From assembly GCA_013239625.1 (NCBI GenBank), contig MU053934.1:9073352-9137351 (forward strand): a stretch of DNA of 64,000 nt, in the 5' to 3' direction. Source of the DNA: Lama guanicoe (lineage: Eukaryota). The stretch's first letter is position 1. Each line of letters begins with the position of its first letter. The position numbers were made by a program, and so were the translations under genes. This document shows, piece after piece, positions 24,511-35,975 of the stretch. A model generated the notes under the pieces. The model was not told where the DNA came from, searched no databases, and was given only the letters and a program-made list of their open reading frames with translations.

Positions 24511-26708
24511 TGTGTTGCCATCAGAGGAAGAGCGATGTGAAATGAAAGAAAATCCCATGGAATTTAGTGAAAAGAGGAGGTCTGCTACTGCTCCAGCTAG
24601 AGAGGCAGCGCGGGGCAGGGGTGAGGGGATGGGAGTGGTGGCTAGAGTGACCTGTTCTGGAAACAGGAGGCGAGCTCTTGCTTTGTCCTGCGGTCGCCCA
24701 GGCTAACCACTTGGCCAGGTCACTGTCTGCCATTGGCATTTGAGTCCATCTGCCCGGCTGCCCTTGCCCTCTGCTCAGCAGAAGCTTCCGAGTCCTCCTT
24801 TTGAGGTCAGAAAGACGTCTCCCTGATCTGAGCTGCAGGTGCTGCTAGTCAGAATCCACCCGCCCTCGGGCTGCCCCGTCACCCATCCCCCGCAAAGGCC
24901 GGCACCATCCTGAGCAAGGGACCAAGAATTTCAGTCTTATTTCTGTCTTACCCTCTTGCAGATAAATCTGTATCATTGCTTTGATTTGAAATGATAGTTT
25001 GGATCGAAAGCCCTTCCCGCTTTTATTACCATTCCATATTTAAAGACAAGTAGAATATCCGTCCCTTAGGACAGGGGCCTTGTCTGAACCCAACCCCCAG
25101 TCTTTGTTCCTAAAGCCCCCCCTTTCAACGGAGGCGGCTGAGCTGTGGGCGCCTCAGCTGGGCTGCAGTTGGCTCCTCGCCAGCCTCCTGCCAGCGGGGC
25201 TGTTGTCACTCCCAGATGGGGCCCACCCCCCCCTCAGCGGGAGGCTGATGGCTCTCCCAGGCCAGGCAGGGCGGGAGGGAGGCGGGTCCTGCCCAGACTT
25301 GCAGCGTACTTGCAGGGGGCTCCACGGAGGATGGTATCTGCTGGGAATGGAAACCCTGACTCATGGCAAAATCAGCCTGATTTCCACAAAGAAAGAACTC
25401 GCGCAAGTCTCCACTTGGCCCCGGTTTCCCCCTACTGCTTCCCCCCTACTGCGGGGTGCCGGCCTGCGCAGGGGGCGGAGCCCAGGACTGGCTGTAGCTC
25501 TGCCTCCCCCCTGTTCCTAGAGGCGCCACCCCACCCGGGGGTCCTCCCTTTTCGTGTGCCCACTATCCTTGCAACCAAGTTCAGAATTCTTTCTTTTTAA
25601 AAGTTATCTTTTCTACATCAAAAGTTACACACATCTTTACAAAAAAGCAAGCAAAACCCAAGAGCAGAAAGGGAAAGCGTCTCCCCTGCTGGGCAGTGTC
25701 TGTGTGCCCAAGACTTTATATATTTTTTTTTTAAATGAGACCAGACGGTTCTGCCACTTCCTTTTTTTTTAACCTCCTTAATGTATTTTGACATCATTTC
25801 ATGTCCATGTGGTTATGTCATCTTTTAAGAAATGATTGCATTGTCCAAAATACATCTTTACGAGGAGAAAGTGGAACAAGATAGGAGAGTGTCAGGACAG
25901 TTTTAGGACGAGGGCAGTCCCCCTCCCCGTGTTCGGCCTGCGTCTTCTGTCTGCATGCCCCTGCAGATGGCACCCTCACTCCCGCAGCACAGTGGGATCT
26001 GTGGTGGAAGCTCGTGTGTGGCCAGAATCCATCTTCCTGGAGCCCCTGCACCCGTCCCTGGCACCCCGAGAGCCTGTTTCCCCTCCGGCCACGAAGCAGG
26101 CGGCCCTGTGGCTGCAAAGCTCCACCCAGGGCTGGGGTCCGAGAAAGCAGAGGCCTCTTTCCCTGTTATAAAACACGGAATGTTCTAGGACCTTGAGGTT
26201 TGGTCACCCAGAGCCTTGCAACTATCACATCTTCTCAGGTTTTCACTTTTCTTTTTCTTTGAAATCCCTCCCCTGGTCCATCTTCCTTTCTGCTTTAGTG
26301 AGGACCAGAGGTGAGGCCGGCACAGGGCTTCCCACCCGTGGATCCACTCCGGTCTTGGGATGTTCACGGGTCCTGGGTTCTGTGGTCACTGGGTTAAACA
26401 AAGTGACGGGGCATCATCTAGGCTCTTCCTGCACGGGCCCCTCAGAGGAGAGGCTGTGCGGTGTGTTCCCAGACCACTCGGGCCTTTTTTTTCACTTGCT
26501 CTGTTTATTCACTCTCCCATTCATTTATTCATTCACTCATCAGTCACCTAGTCCTCACCTCGTGGAGCTCACAGGCTGGCAGGCTCCCCTCTCTGGATCC
26601 CATATGCCAGTGTTTCCTGGCATGGGTTTGGGAGCGTTAGCCACGACTGGAGCACAGGAAGCTTGCACTTGGGGGAAGGCAGCAGTCACGTTTCTAAACA
26701 CAGCCTTT

Positions 26709-26872
26709 GGGCGGGGAGGGTAGAGCTCAGTGGTGGAGCGCGTGCTTAGCATGCACAAGGTCCCCAGTACCTCCATTAAAAAAAATTAAAATAAATAAAC
26801 TTAATCACCTCCTCCCCTGAATAAATACATTGTACTAAAAATAAATGTTCTAAAATTAAGTAGATAAATAAA
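26709..26872 (+). mobile_element. tRNA-Ala-derived SINE (Vic-1-like), B box deleted
   Basis: ggggagggtagagctcagtggtggagcgcgtgcttagcatgcacaaggtccccagtacctcc; TSD-like taa(a/g)cacagcct at 26695-26706 and 26873-26884. Confidence 0.88.
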
Positions 26873-26889
26873 TAAGCACAGCCTCATGT

Positions 26890-27083
26890 CGGGCGGCGGC
26901 CAGGCTTTCCCTGTGAAGAGCGAGAGAGTAAATACCAGCTTCGCCCACCGCAGGGTCCCTGTTGCAGCGACGGGGAATGATCCGTAGACAATGCAATAAA
27001 GAATGGGCTTCGGTAGAACCGCATTTACAGAAGCAGGCAGTGGGCTGGGTCTGGCCGGTGGCCTGTGGTTTATCCCATGCCCT
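26890..27083. mobile_element. MER58-like hAT MITE (diverged)
   Basis: ctttccctgtgaagagcgagagagtaaata...catttacagaagcaggcagtgggctgg. Confidence 0.6.
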
Positions 27084-27198
27084 CAAATTTAAGGGCCCTC
27101 GTCCTGGCTGGGAGGAGGGAGACCCTGGTTCTAGACCTGAGTGAGCCCCAACTCCAGCCTTGGGCTTAGGGAGTTTCCTGTTTATAAAATGGAGATGA

Positions 27199-27350
27199 GG
27201 GGAGGGTAGAGCTCAGTGGTAGAGCATGTGCTTAGCATGCACGAGGTCCTGGGTTCAGTCCCCAGTACCTCCATTAAAAATACATAAATAAGTCTAATTA
27301 CCTCTCCCCAAACAAACAAAAATGAAATAAAACAAAATATAAATAATAAT
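27199..27350 (+). mobile_element. tRNA-Ala-derived SINE (Vic-1-like) within a MIR-like remnant
   Basis: Near-consensus head with A box TAGAGCTCAGTGG and B box GGTTCAGTCCC, then an AT-rich tail. Confidence 0.9.
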
Positions 27351-28335
27351 CATGGCCCTGACTAACTTGCAGGCTAGCTATGGTCGTCAAGGGCAGTAAT
27401 GGAGGTAAAAGCTTTTATAAACTGTAAAGTGCAGCATTGGTGAGACCATCAATACAAAGGCCGACTCCAGGTCGGGAGGGAGTCCCTCCCACCATGTCTC
27501 TGAGGAGGGTGGGGCTTGGCTGGAGGGGAGGAGGACCCTGATCCTCTCCCATCACTCTTTCTCTTGGTACCCACCCCCCCAGATGGTTTATAAGCGTCGA
27601 ACAAAGTGATTCTTCAGACCTTAGTTCCTTTTAGAAGACTACTCGTAGGAGGTTCAGTCTGTGTGAGTTTGCACCAAATCTGAGCATGAGGAGTAAACAG
27701 AAGTGCAACCGAGCTCTCCTTGTTTACTGGGTCACACTCGCTGGGTGTGTGTTCAAGGGGGATGGACGCCCCATGGTCCCCCATCAGAGGCATGTCTAGT
27801 CGGGGAGGGCACTCACTCTGTCGTGAGCTTACAGCAACCCTTCCCCGGGGCCCTGAGTCCGCGTGGAGCCAGAACGGGGCAGGTGGGCAGGGGGAGGTGT
27901 GCCGAGGAGACTGTTCAAGTCTAAGAGAGACATGTTCACCAGGCAGGCGGGGCGACTGCTTTCCAGGCAGGGATGAGGTGGGTAAAGAGGCAGGATCTGA
28001 GTGACCACTCCAGAGCAGCACGTGAATACAGGTTGGCATCTGAATTGCCAAGTTCACGGTGTGGTGTTCACAGGCAGGCAGCTTTGGATTCGGTGTGGTG
28101 AAAGATGGAGGTGTTGAGAGGCAGGAAGATGGAGTGGGGAGGTGGTAGTCAAGGTGTATCGTGCTGGTGAAACTGGGAGCCATTTGGGAGGCTGCCGTGT
28201 GGTCCCAGGTGAGGGCATCACAGTCACTCCACTTGTGGTTTTATACAGAGGAGGGAAGTGGGATGTGGAGATCCAGTTGTTGGGTTTTGGAAGCCCTCCA
28301 AGTTTAACCCCGCTGTCTGTCTTTCCCCACTGCAG

Positions 28336-28479
28336 ATATCAATGAATGTTTAAGTATCAGTGCCCCATGCCCTGTCGGGCAGACATGCATCAACACGGAG
28401 GGCTCCTACACGTGCCAGAAGAATGTGCCCAACTGTGGCCGTGGCTACCATCTCAACGAGGAGGGAACCCGCTGTGTTG
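28336..28479 (+). CDS. FBLN1: Fibulin-1 exon 9 (cbEGF)
   Basis: ccactgcAG|ATATC...TGTGTTG|GTtggt; 144 nt; [48 protein letters not shown]. Confidence 0.97.
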
Positions 28480-29292
28480 GTTGGTATTAAAGAAGAAAAC
28501 CAATCTGAAATGGTCCTTTCTGTCTGCTCCCAGCACAATTCTCCCCTTCTCTGGAAGGGGAGGGCAGATCCCCAAAGGAAGCGGTTTGCCCCTGTCCATC
28601 CGTCCCATTGCTGATCTACAGGCAACGGTCTTTACAGGCTACTGCCTGGACTATTGCAGTAGAATGCCAACCCACCCGCTCCCTTCAGCTTTGTCCCTTT
28701 AGTCTGTTCATTTTGTCCTGAGCTGAGCTCTCTTGCCCCTCCCTGCTCACAGTCCCCATTGGTGACGGACAGGGCAGATGCCCCTGCTTACAATTCGGTC
28801 CTCCTGAGTCGGCACCAACTTCACAAACTTTATAATCCAGATGAAGTAGGTCTTACTGCTCCCCTAGTGAGCCTGCCCTTTCCTCTGTGTGTGTGTCTTT
28901 TGTTTTGTTTTGTTTTGTCTTGTCTTGTCTCTTACATTCTCCCCTTTGTTCACCTGCTCCTACATTCCTTTGAGTCCAGGAAAGGCTATTTGGCATCCAT
29001 CCTGCCCAGATCCTGGCCAGACAGAGGAGTCTCCTCCCTGTAACCCCCAGAGCACTGCCTCAGCCTCTCCCTAGTCGCTGGACACTTCCTGCCTTAACTA
29101 GGGTCATCACTGGCCTGCAGAAGTCCCCAGAGGGAAGAGGCTGCATCCGGGTCAGCTGTCTCCCCAGCACTGGGTTGGTGCCTCATAGGTGATTTGTGAA
29201 ATCGTGTTGCAGAAGTAAACGACGCTGCTTTGTCGATGTGCGTGTTAACTGGCTCTTTTCTTGTCTTCCTTTCTGATTGTCTCAGAGCAGAA

Positions 29293-29318
29293 ACACACAC
29301 ACATACACACACACACAC
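29293..29318. repeat. (AC)n microsatellite about 40 nt upstream of the exon 10 acceptor
   Basis: acacacacacatacacacacacacac. Confidence 0.9.
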
Positions 29319-29358
29319 TAAATGAAGGTTTTCCACTGTGTCTTTCTCTTTTGCAAAG

Positions 29359-29487
29359 ATGTGGATGAGTGTTCACCTCCTGCTGAGCCCTGTGGGCCAG
29401 GGCACCACTGTGTGAACTCTGCTGGAAGTTTCCGCTGCGAGTGCAAGGCTGGCTACTACTTTGATGGCATCAGCCGGACGTGTGTGG
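29359..29487 (+). CDS. FBLN1: Fibulin-1 exon 10 (cbEGF)
   Basis: ttttgcaaAG|ATGTGG...TGTGTGG|GTacgt; 129 nt; [43 protein letters not shown]. Confidence 0.98.
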
Positions 29488-30259
29488 GTACGTGGGTCTC
29501 CCTACAGGCCTTGGGGGGGGGGCCTGGCCAGATGACACCAAGGAGAACCTAGCCTGTGGCACCGTGGAGTGACCTGGTCTGCTCCTCACCTCTGAAAATC
29601 CCAAGTGCCAGCAGCCCCAGGGAAGAGGCCTCAGTCAGGAGACCCCGCTCTGGTTCCAGGTCTGCTGCTGCCTGCTCATGCGGCTCCTGGGGTGGCCCTC
29701 CCAGGTGTAAGCCAGGCCCCCCACCTGGAGAACCTGCATGGCCCAGGACCTCCAAGTATTTGTGAGACTCCAGGGCACTCTACAAACGCCCCAAGTCTTA
29801 GTGATTTCCCAGAGATGCACTGCTGGCTTGTAGGGCTGCAGGGCCGAGCTGTGTGCTCACCCAGGGCAGTGAGAATCCAAGACAGCTTTTTGGCCCCAAC
29901 ACGAGGAGCAGGGACAGATCCTGCTGGTGGAATCTGAGGGTGCCCCGGGGAGGCTGACATCTGCCCTGCCCCCGTGGCAAGATCCTGGGGACCCTCCCTC
30001 AGGGCTCTGGGGTGGAGGACTGGCAGGTGGCCACTTTCCCAGATGTTCTGTCTGTCGTGGAAGGAGCTAGAGGCTTGCCCAGCAGGCAGGCTGGTGTGGT
30101 CCCGGCTCTCCTGCTGCCTTGCCTTGTGTTTGGGACAATCACGCTGCCTTTCTCTGAGAGATGAGGCCGAGGGAGGTAGGGGACAGAGGTCGTGAGCTGC
30201 CGCCGCGGGCAGCACTGCCCAGGGAGGACGCTGCCCAAGCCGCCTTCCCGCTGTTTCAG

Positions 30260-30385
30260 ACATAAACGAGTGCCGACGCTACCCCGGGCGCCTGTGCGGC
30301 CACAAGTGCGAGAACACACCGGGCTCCTACTACTGCAGCTGCACCGTGGGCTTCCGGCTCTCCACCCCCGGCCGGTCCTGCGAAG
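30260..30385 (+). CDS. FBLN1: Fibulin-1 exon 11 (cbEGF)
   Basis: gtttcAG|ACATAAAC...TGCGAAG|GTggga; 126 nt; [42 protein letters not shown]; the 3' end is locally repeated, giving alternative donors after 30412 and 30450. Confidence 0.94.
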
Positions 30386-30470
30386 GTGGGAGGCGGGGCC
30401 GGTCCTGCGAAGGTTGGGGGCGGGGCAGGGGCGGGGCCTGTCCTGCGAAGGTGGAGGCGGGGCCGGGCCG
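30370..30470. repeat. Three copies of ggcc(g/t)gtcctgcgaagGT separated by G-rich spacers
   Basis: Direct repeats of the last 16 nt of exon 11 plus GT, ending at 30385, 30412 and 30450. Confidence 0.92.
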
Positions 30471-30848
30471 AGGCGCTCCGTGACGTCATCCGCGCCCTTT
30501 ACCACCCCCCCAAGTTGTCCGCCTCCCTGGGGAACCACAGCTCCTGCAGACCCGTTTGGGACTGACCCACACTGTACCCTAGCGCATATTCAGTGACATG
30601 TCAGCCGGGAAAATGTCCCTAAAAGGTTGCTTGTCAGAGATGACCGCTCTCCCCGATTTCCCCTGGGCCCTGGAGGGGCCGCTAACCCCTGCCCTCCGAG
30701 GCTGCACACGTGGGGACTGAGGGACTGACAAGTTGTGGCATGTGGCTGAGAGTGTGGGGAGGAGGGCGTCCGACCCTCCGCTTACTCACATGACCTTGGG
30801 GAGTGGCTGACCTCACCCGCCTCGGTATCCTCCCAGGGGAAATGGGGT

Positions 30849-31395
30849 TGTTACGCCAAAGAGAAACCAAAGTGGACACTTTTTGAACGCGGTAAGACAT
30901 TTTATTCAGACTATGGCAACAGGGAAAAGAGACTTCAGCCTAAATTGATTTCAAGTCCACCGAAACAGAATGTGTGGGCTTTTTAAATGCTGGGACATGC
31001 TGGGGGAAAGTACTGAAGGATGTTGGGGGAGGTGCAGACAGTGCAGGTAGACCAGCTGTGTCTGTTCACTGGCTCCAGCCCTCCTGCAGAGTCTGAGATG
31101 GGGGCCTCCCTTCTTGCTGATGACATTTCGAAGGCATGGTTTCCAGGTCCTTAGACACGTCTGGGTTGCAGAAGATACATGTCAAAGGGACAGAAAAAGT
31201 TTCCGTTTGCAAGTTTTCTGAAGTAAATGCTTCTAAGAAAAGGGAGGTTAGATGTGTAGTCCAGTATTGGCTGGAACACACAGTAAGTTCTTTGGCAGCG
31301 TTGAGCTTTCCCAGGCAGGCATTTCAAAGCGGCAGGGATTGTTGTCCTGGGGACACAGTCTTGGGCTGATACTAAAGTTCAGTCAGGTCTCTTTG
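30849..31395. mobile_element. Probable old LTR remnant (MER67/ERV1-like, family uncertain)
   Basis: tgttac start, ttttattcagactatggcaacaggg..., aagttcagtcaggtctct end; resemblance to recalled consensus only. Confidence 0.4.
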
Positions 31396-31859
31396 TCTGA
31401 GGGGGCAGGTTGGACTGAGTCGTTGGTGCCCAGAGTCTTGGGGTTTGACCCCTTCTGATGGGATGGTCTGGGATGAGGTGAACAGCTCAGGGCCTGGCAC
31501 ATGGTGGGTGCTCAGCAGATGTCCTGTCTTCGACAGGAATTAGGTGATGAGGTCAGCAGAGACTGAGAGCTTTTGCTCACCCTTGGCAATCCCTCATGTT
31601 GCCCATCAACACGCACGGTTGCCCCGGGGTGACCGGTGGAGCCAGACTCAAGACGTGGCAGGTCTTAAAGTTCTGGATTGAGAAGGATGATCACAAAAGT
31701 CGAATATGCCAGGCTGCACCCCAGTGTATAATTCTCAACCTGGAGGATGGACAGTGTGATGGGCTCCTGGGTCCTGGGCTTCCCCCGAGATTCTGGGATT
31801 TGTCCCCAAGAACCAGACCCAACACACATGTAATGGCAAGGAACAAGGTTCACATGTCG

Positions 31860-32070
31860 GGGTCCCTTGGGCCTGGGTTCAAATCCCAGCTCTGTCATTT
31901 TTATTACCTTGAAGAAGTAACTCAGCGTTTCTGGGCCTTGGTGTCCTCATCTGTAAAATGGGAATAGTAGGACCCACCTTGTAAGGGAGTTGTGAAGATG
32001 AAACAAGATGAAGCCTCTGAAGGGCTTGTCACAGATCCTGGGGTGGGACGAAGTGCTGGTATCCCTGTTA
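31860..32070 (+). mobile_element. MIR remnant (others at ~690-790, 16860-17040, 24120-24260, 58690-58860)
   Basis: cctgggttcaaatcccagctctg...cctcatctgtaaaatgggaata is the MIR core. Confidence 0.75.
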
Positions 32071-32453
32071 TTATCTTTTTTGGCTTGTGCTGCCCTGGTC
32101 ACTCCTAAATGACCAAACAGTAGATTTTCACATCTATGTTAGTGAATGATATTGTGGACAAAAGCCAGGGCCGGGCCAGCCTTGCTGTATTATTCCACTA
32201 AGCATTTGTAAAGCAGCGCTCCGCCAAGGTGTGTAGCAAGAACATGGTTCCTGCCTTCAGAGAGCGTTTCTAGGATGTGATGAGAAACCATACTGGGCAG
32301 AGGTGAGCTGGTGAACAGACAGGTGGCAGCCAGGGGCTGTGAGGGCTGCAGGGGCAAGATACAGGGTAAGGGTCTAATGGACGTTCTTGGCAATTTATCC
32401 CTCCTCCTTGCTAAGAATCAGCAGTAAACAAATGTGAGAAGGGACTTCTGGGC

Positions 32454-32657
32454 CAGAGGTTGACACGTTTTTTTTCCTAAAAGCCACACAGTAAATATCT
32501 CAGGCTTCACTGGCTGCATCTCTGTTTCAGCTACTCCAGTCTGCTGTTGCGGCGCACAAGCAGCCAGGGACTTTGGTAAATGAATGAACATGGCCGTGTG
32601 CCAATAAAACTTTATTTGCAAACACAAGCGGTGGGCCAGAAGTTCACTGATCCCTGC
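32454..32657. mobile_element. MER58-like hAT MITE
   Basis: cagtaaatatctcaggcttc..tcagctactccagtctgctgttg..gtgccaataaaactttatttgcaaacacaagc. Confidence 0.8.
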
Positions 32658-33086
32658 TCTAGGCAGAGGAAACAGATGAGCAAGAGCCTGTGAGTTTAGA
32701 CCTTTGCAGCATTAGGAGCAATGAGTTTTCAGCGAGTGTGAAGAGGGATGTTGTCTGGGAGGTGAAGAGGGGAGGATATGATCAGATTTCCACCTGAGAA
32801 CTAGAATTGACTCTGCTACCCCGGGAGGGGCTGAACTAGAAGGAGCAGAGGCTAGAGGCTGTCACTGTCACCTCGTGGAGGAGCTGGGGCAAGGAGATGC
32901 CAGATCACCCAGCCGTGAGAGGCTGGAGTGGGGGCCTCTCCCTTGGGGTTACCCTGGGCGGGCCCCTGGCCCCGCACTCGGAAGCCTCCACCTCAGTGTG
33001 TATGTTAACTTGAGGGAGATCTCGGCCCCCACCCCTCCGCAGTGACACAGCTCTGAGCGGTGACCTTGGGACCCTGTCTCTTTCAG

Positions 33087-33206
33087 ACGTGAACGAGTGT
33101 AACAGCAGCCCCTGTAGCCAGGAGTGCGCCAACGTCTACGGCTCCTACCAGTGTTACTGCCGACGAGGCTACCAGCTCAGCGACGTGGACGGGGTCACCT
33201 GCGAAG
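33087..33206 (+). CDS. FBLN1: Fibulin-1 exon 12 (cbEGF)
   Basis: ctttcAG|ACGTG...TGCGAAG|GTgagg; 120 nt; [40 protein letters not shown]. Confidence 0.98.
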
Positions 33207-33963
33207 GTGAGGGCTGCCCTGCTCCGTCCCCTGCCCTCACCTCCTGGCTGGCGGGTGGTTTGGGCTCTTTTCCTCTGAGATTTATTTGGATGCACTCTAC
33301 CCACCATTGAAGGTGGGGTTTGTAAGCCCGCTTCCCGGATTTTTCTGGACCTCCAGCAGGGCTTGCTGGCGGTGGGTGAGGAAGGGGCTCAGGGGCCACC
33401 ACAGCCCTGACTCGCAGCTCTGCCTCTGGCCTTTTGAAAGCCCCTCACTGGGCCTGGGCCCTGCTCTTCTGTGACGCGGGAGTTGACTCCACCCTCACAG
33501 GGCTGTCAGAGGCTGAAACAAAAGCACTTCCTAGGGTGCCCAGCACAGTGCAGGCTCAAAGGGGCAACTGTTAAGATTAGTCCTATTTCCATATAAAGTG
33601 TATTTGTTATTAGCACATTTACAATAATCAGCATTAGGGCACAGCTGGCAGGGCAACTCTATTTGTGTCATTCTGAAGCCCTTAGCCCCATCCTACCCCC
33701 CCAGTCTCCTTCCTCCCCCCACGTGTGCACACTTCATGCCTGACTTGCTATATGGCTCTAAGCTAGGCTCTTCCCCTCTCTGGGCCTCAGTTTCCCCTTC
33801 TGATGTGATGGTCTCTGAGGCCGTCCCAGCCCCAGCCCTCTGGGGCTCCCTGTGTCCAGCTTGCTCTATGTGGCTGCCCTCTGGGCCACAGCCCAGCGCC
33901 GTAGGGGGGTGTAGCCCAGCCAGGGTCCACACGGGCCGCTGAGGGTGGGCTCTACCATCACAG

Positions 33964-34095
33964 ACATCGACGAGTGTGCCCTGCCCACCGGGGGCCACAT
34001 CTGCTCCTACCGCTGCATCAACGTCCCTGGGAGCTTCCAGTGCAGCTGCCCCTCGACCGGATACAGGCTGGCCCCCAATGGCCGCAACTGCCAAG
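33964..34095 (+). CDS. FBLN1: Fibulin-1 exon 13 (cbEGF)
   Basis: atcacAG|ACATCG...TGCCAAG|GTgagt; 132 nt; [44 protein letters not shown]. Confidence 0.98.
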
Positions 34096-35851
34096 GTGAG
34101 TGGGGTGGAACCGTGCGCGGGGCTCTGCGGTGTCAGGGACAGAGGTCAGCAGTCACACCACAGTCGGGTTGCATTCAAGGAGGGAGGACTCTGTCCCCTC
34201 GGTGTGTCCTGGGGCCCATGGGTACCTGGTCTTCCACACCCAGGCACGCTTGTCCACTGGGGGTTCTGAATCCTCCTGCCTGGCCCTGGGCAGCCCCAAG
34301 GGAGGCTGAAAGTGGGGCTGACAGCCTTTAGGAAGATGCCCACCGTGGAGGAAACAGGACAGCAGTGCACAGAAGGCCCCGCAGCATAGCTCTGCTGTTT
34401 GGTCTTTCATTTAGTCATTGGCCAAACCCTTGCTGTGGGCCAGGCCCTGCCAGGTGTCAAGGGCAAAGCAGTGAGCGGATGGTTACAGGCCTTTGTCCCA
34501 AGTGCTGGTCCCCACTTGGGAAGGGGATGGACCTGGTCAGGGTGTGTGACAACCCTGGGGTCTCTGTATTTATGGGCACTGTGGCTGTAGGGTCCTTCTG
34601 GGGCCTGGGGGTGGCTCCAGCATAGGCTGAACGAGGGGCGAGTGGATTCCATCCCTCACTCAGCTCCCTGTTCTGTGAACACGCCAGGGCTCACCCTGCA
34701 CCCCGTAACCATCCAGCTGGTAACCGAGAGCGGGTGCTAGGTAGGTGTCTGTGAATGAGGGACGCTGGAATGGACACGTTGGCCTCCCCTCCGGGAGCAG
34801 CCGCAGGAGCGGAGTCAGAGGCCGGGTCTGTCCAGCCCCCTCCTGAGGAGCCCCACACGGGGCGGGCGGCCCAGAGCCTCTGCAGATGTTGTTTCTGGTC
34901 GCAAAGGAGGTTTAAAGACTTTGATCAAAGGCAGGCGGGAGCTGCGGCGTTTCCTGGGAGGGGCCCGCTCGGCTTGTCCAGAGCTCTGGATGGGAGCTGC
35001 TTTGTTTTCACGTTTCTGATGGGGCAGATGACTTCCTGCTCCTGGCCAGGCGCCCTCACCGCAGCCTGGGGTCCTGCCAGACGCAGCGAAAACACATTCC
35101 TGAGCCTCAGCCTTTGAGGCTGGGGACTGCTGTTTTTGCCACCAGCGGTCAGGATTTGGCACCCCTTAACAGATGCCTCTGGCGTGGAGACATCCCCTGG
35201 ACCCACCATTTGGCTGCTTGGGACAGTTGTGGGGCAGGGCAGGGCATCTCCCCATGTCCAAGGCGATCTTGTGACAGGCCTGGTTCCGGTCCAGCCCAGA
35301 CAGTCACCGACCCTGGACACTGGGCACAACAGCCTCCTTGTCTGTAATGTGGGGCCAGGAGCTTCTGCTCTTTCCTGGGGTGTTCCGAGTGGCATGTGGG
35401 GTCAGGGTGATGCACCTCGGGAACCTCGGAGGTGCTGGCTGCCTGGCTTCAGAGCTCAACTCCACCACTTACAAAACGTGTGGCCTCAGGCCGGTCACTT
35501 AACCTGTATGAGCTCCTCCCTAAAAGAAGGACAGTAGCAGCAATGCCTCATCGAATTACTGTGCGAATCAAGTGAGCTATTCCTGCAAAACACTCCCAGG
35601 GCCCGCACAGTGTTTGCTCTTGGCATTATTGTGCTCGCTCCAGGGACTGCGAGTAACAAGTAAATTAGACACAAACCTCTCGTAAGTAAAGAAGCCGGCA
35701 CAGGGCGCTGCTCCAGAGAGCAGTCTCCGGCCGACAGGCATGGTGTGATGCCCTCGAACCCTGGTTGGTGGGAGGCCTGGGCACCCATCCGTGGGTGGGG
35801 ACAGCTCGGGGGGCCTTGGCCTTCACCATGCTGCCTTGGGGTCTCCTGCAG

Positions 35852-35975
35852 ACGTCGATGAGTGTGTGACCGGCATCCACAACTGCTCCATCAACGAGAC
35901 CTGCTTCAACATCCAGGGCGGCTTCCGCTGCCTGGCCTTCGACTGTCCGGAGAACTACCGTCGCTCCGCAGACAC
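35852..35975 (+). CDS. FBLN1: Fibulin-1 exon 14 (last common exon, cbEGF)
   Basis: ctcctgcAG|ACGTCG...GACAC|GTaagt; 124 nt; [42 protein letters not shown]; ends in phase 2, compatible with both C and D exons. Confidence 0.98.

Noticed and set aside
27199..27275. Functional tRNA-Ala(AGC) gene (also the other four copies)
   Set aside because: Altered 5' end that disrupts the acceptor stem, shared AT-rich SINE tail, TSDs on some copies and scattered divergence indicate SINEs
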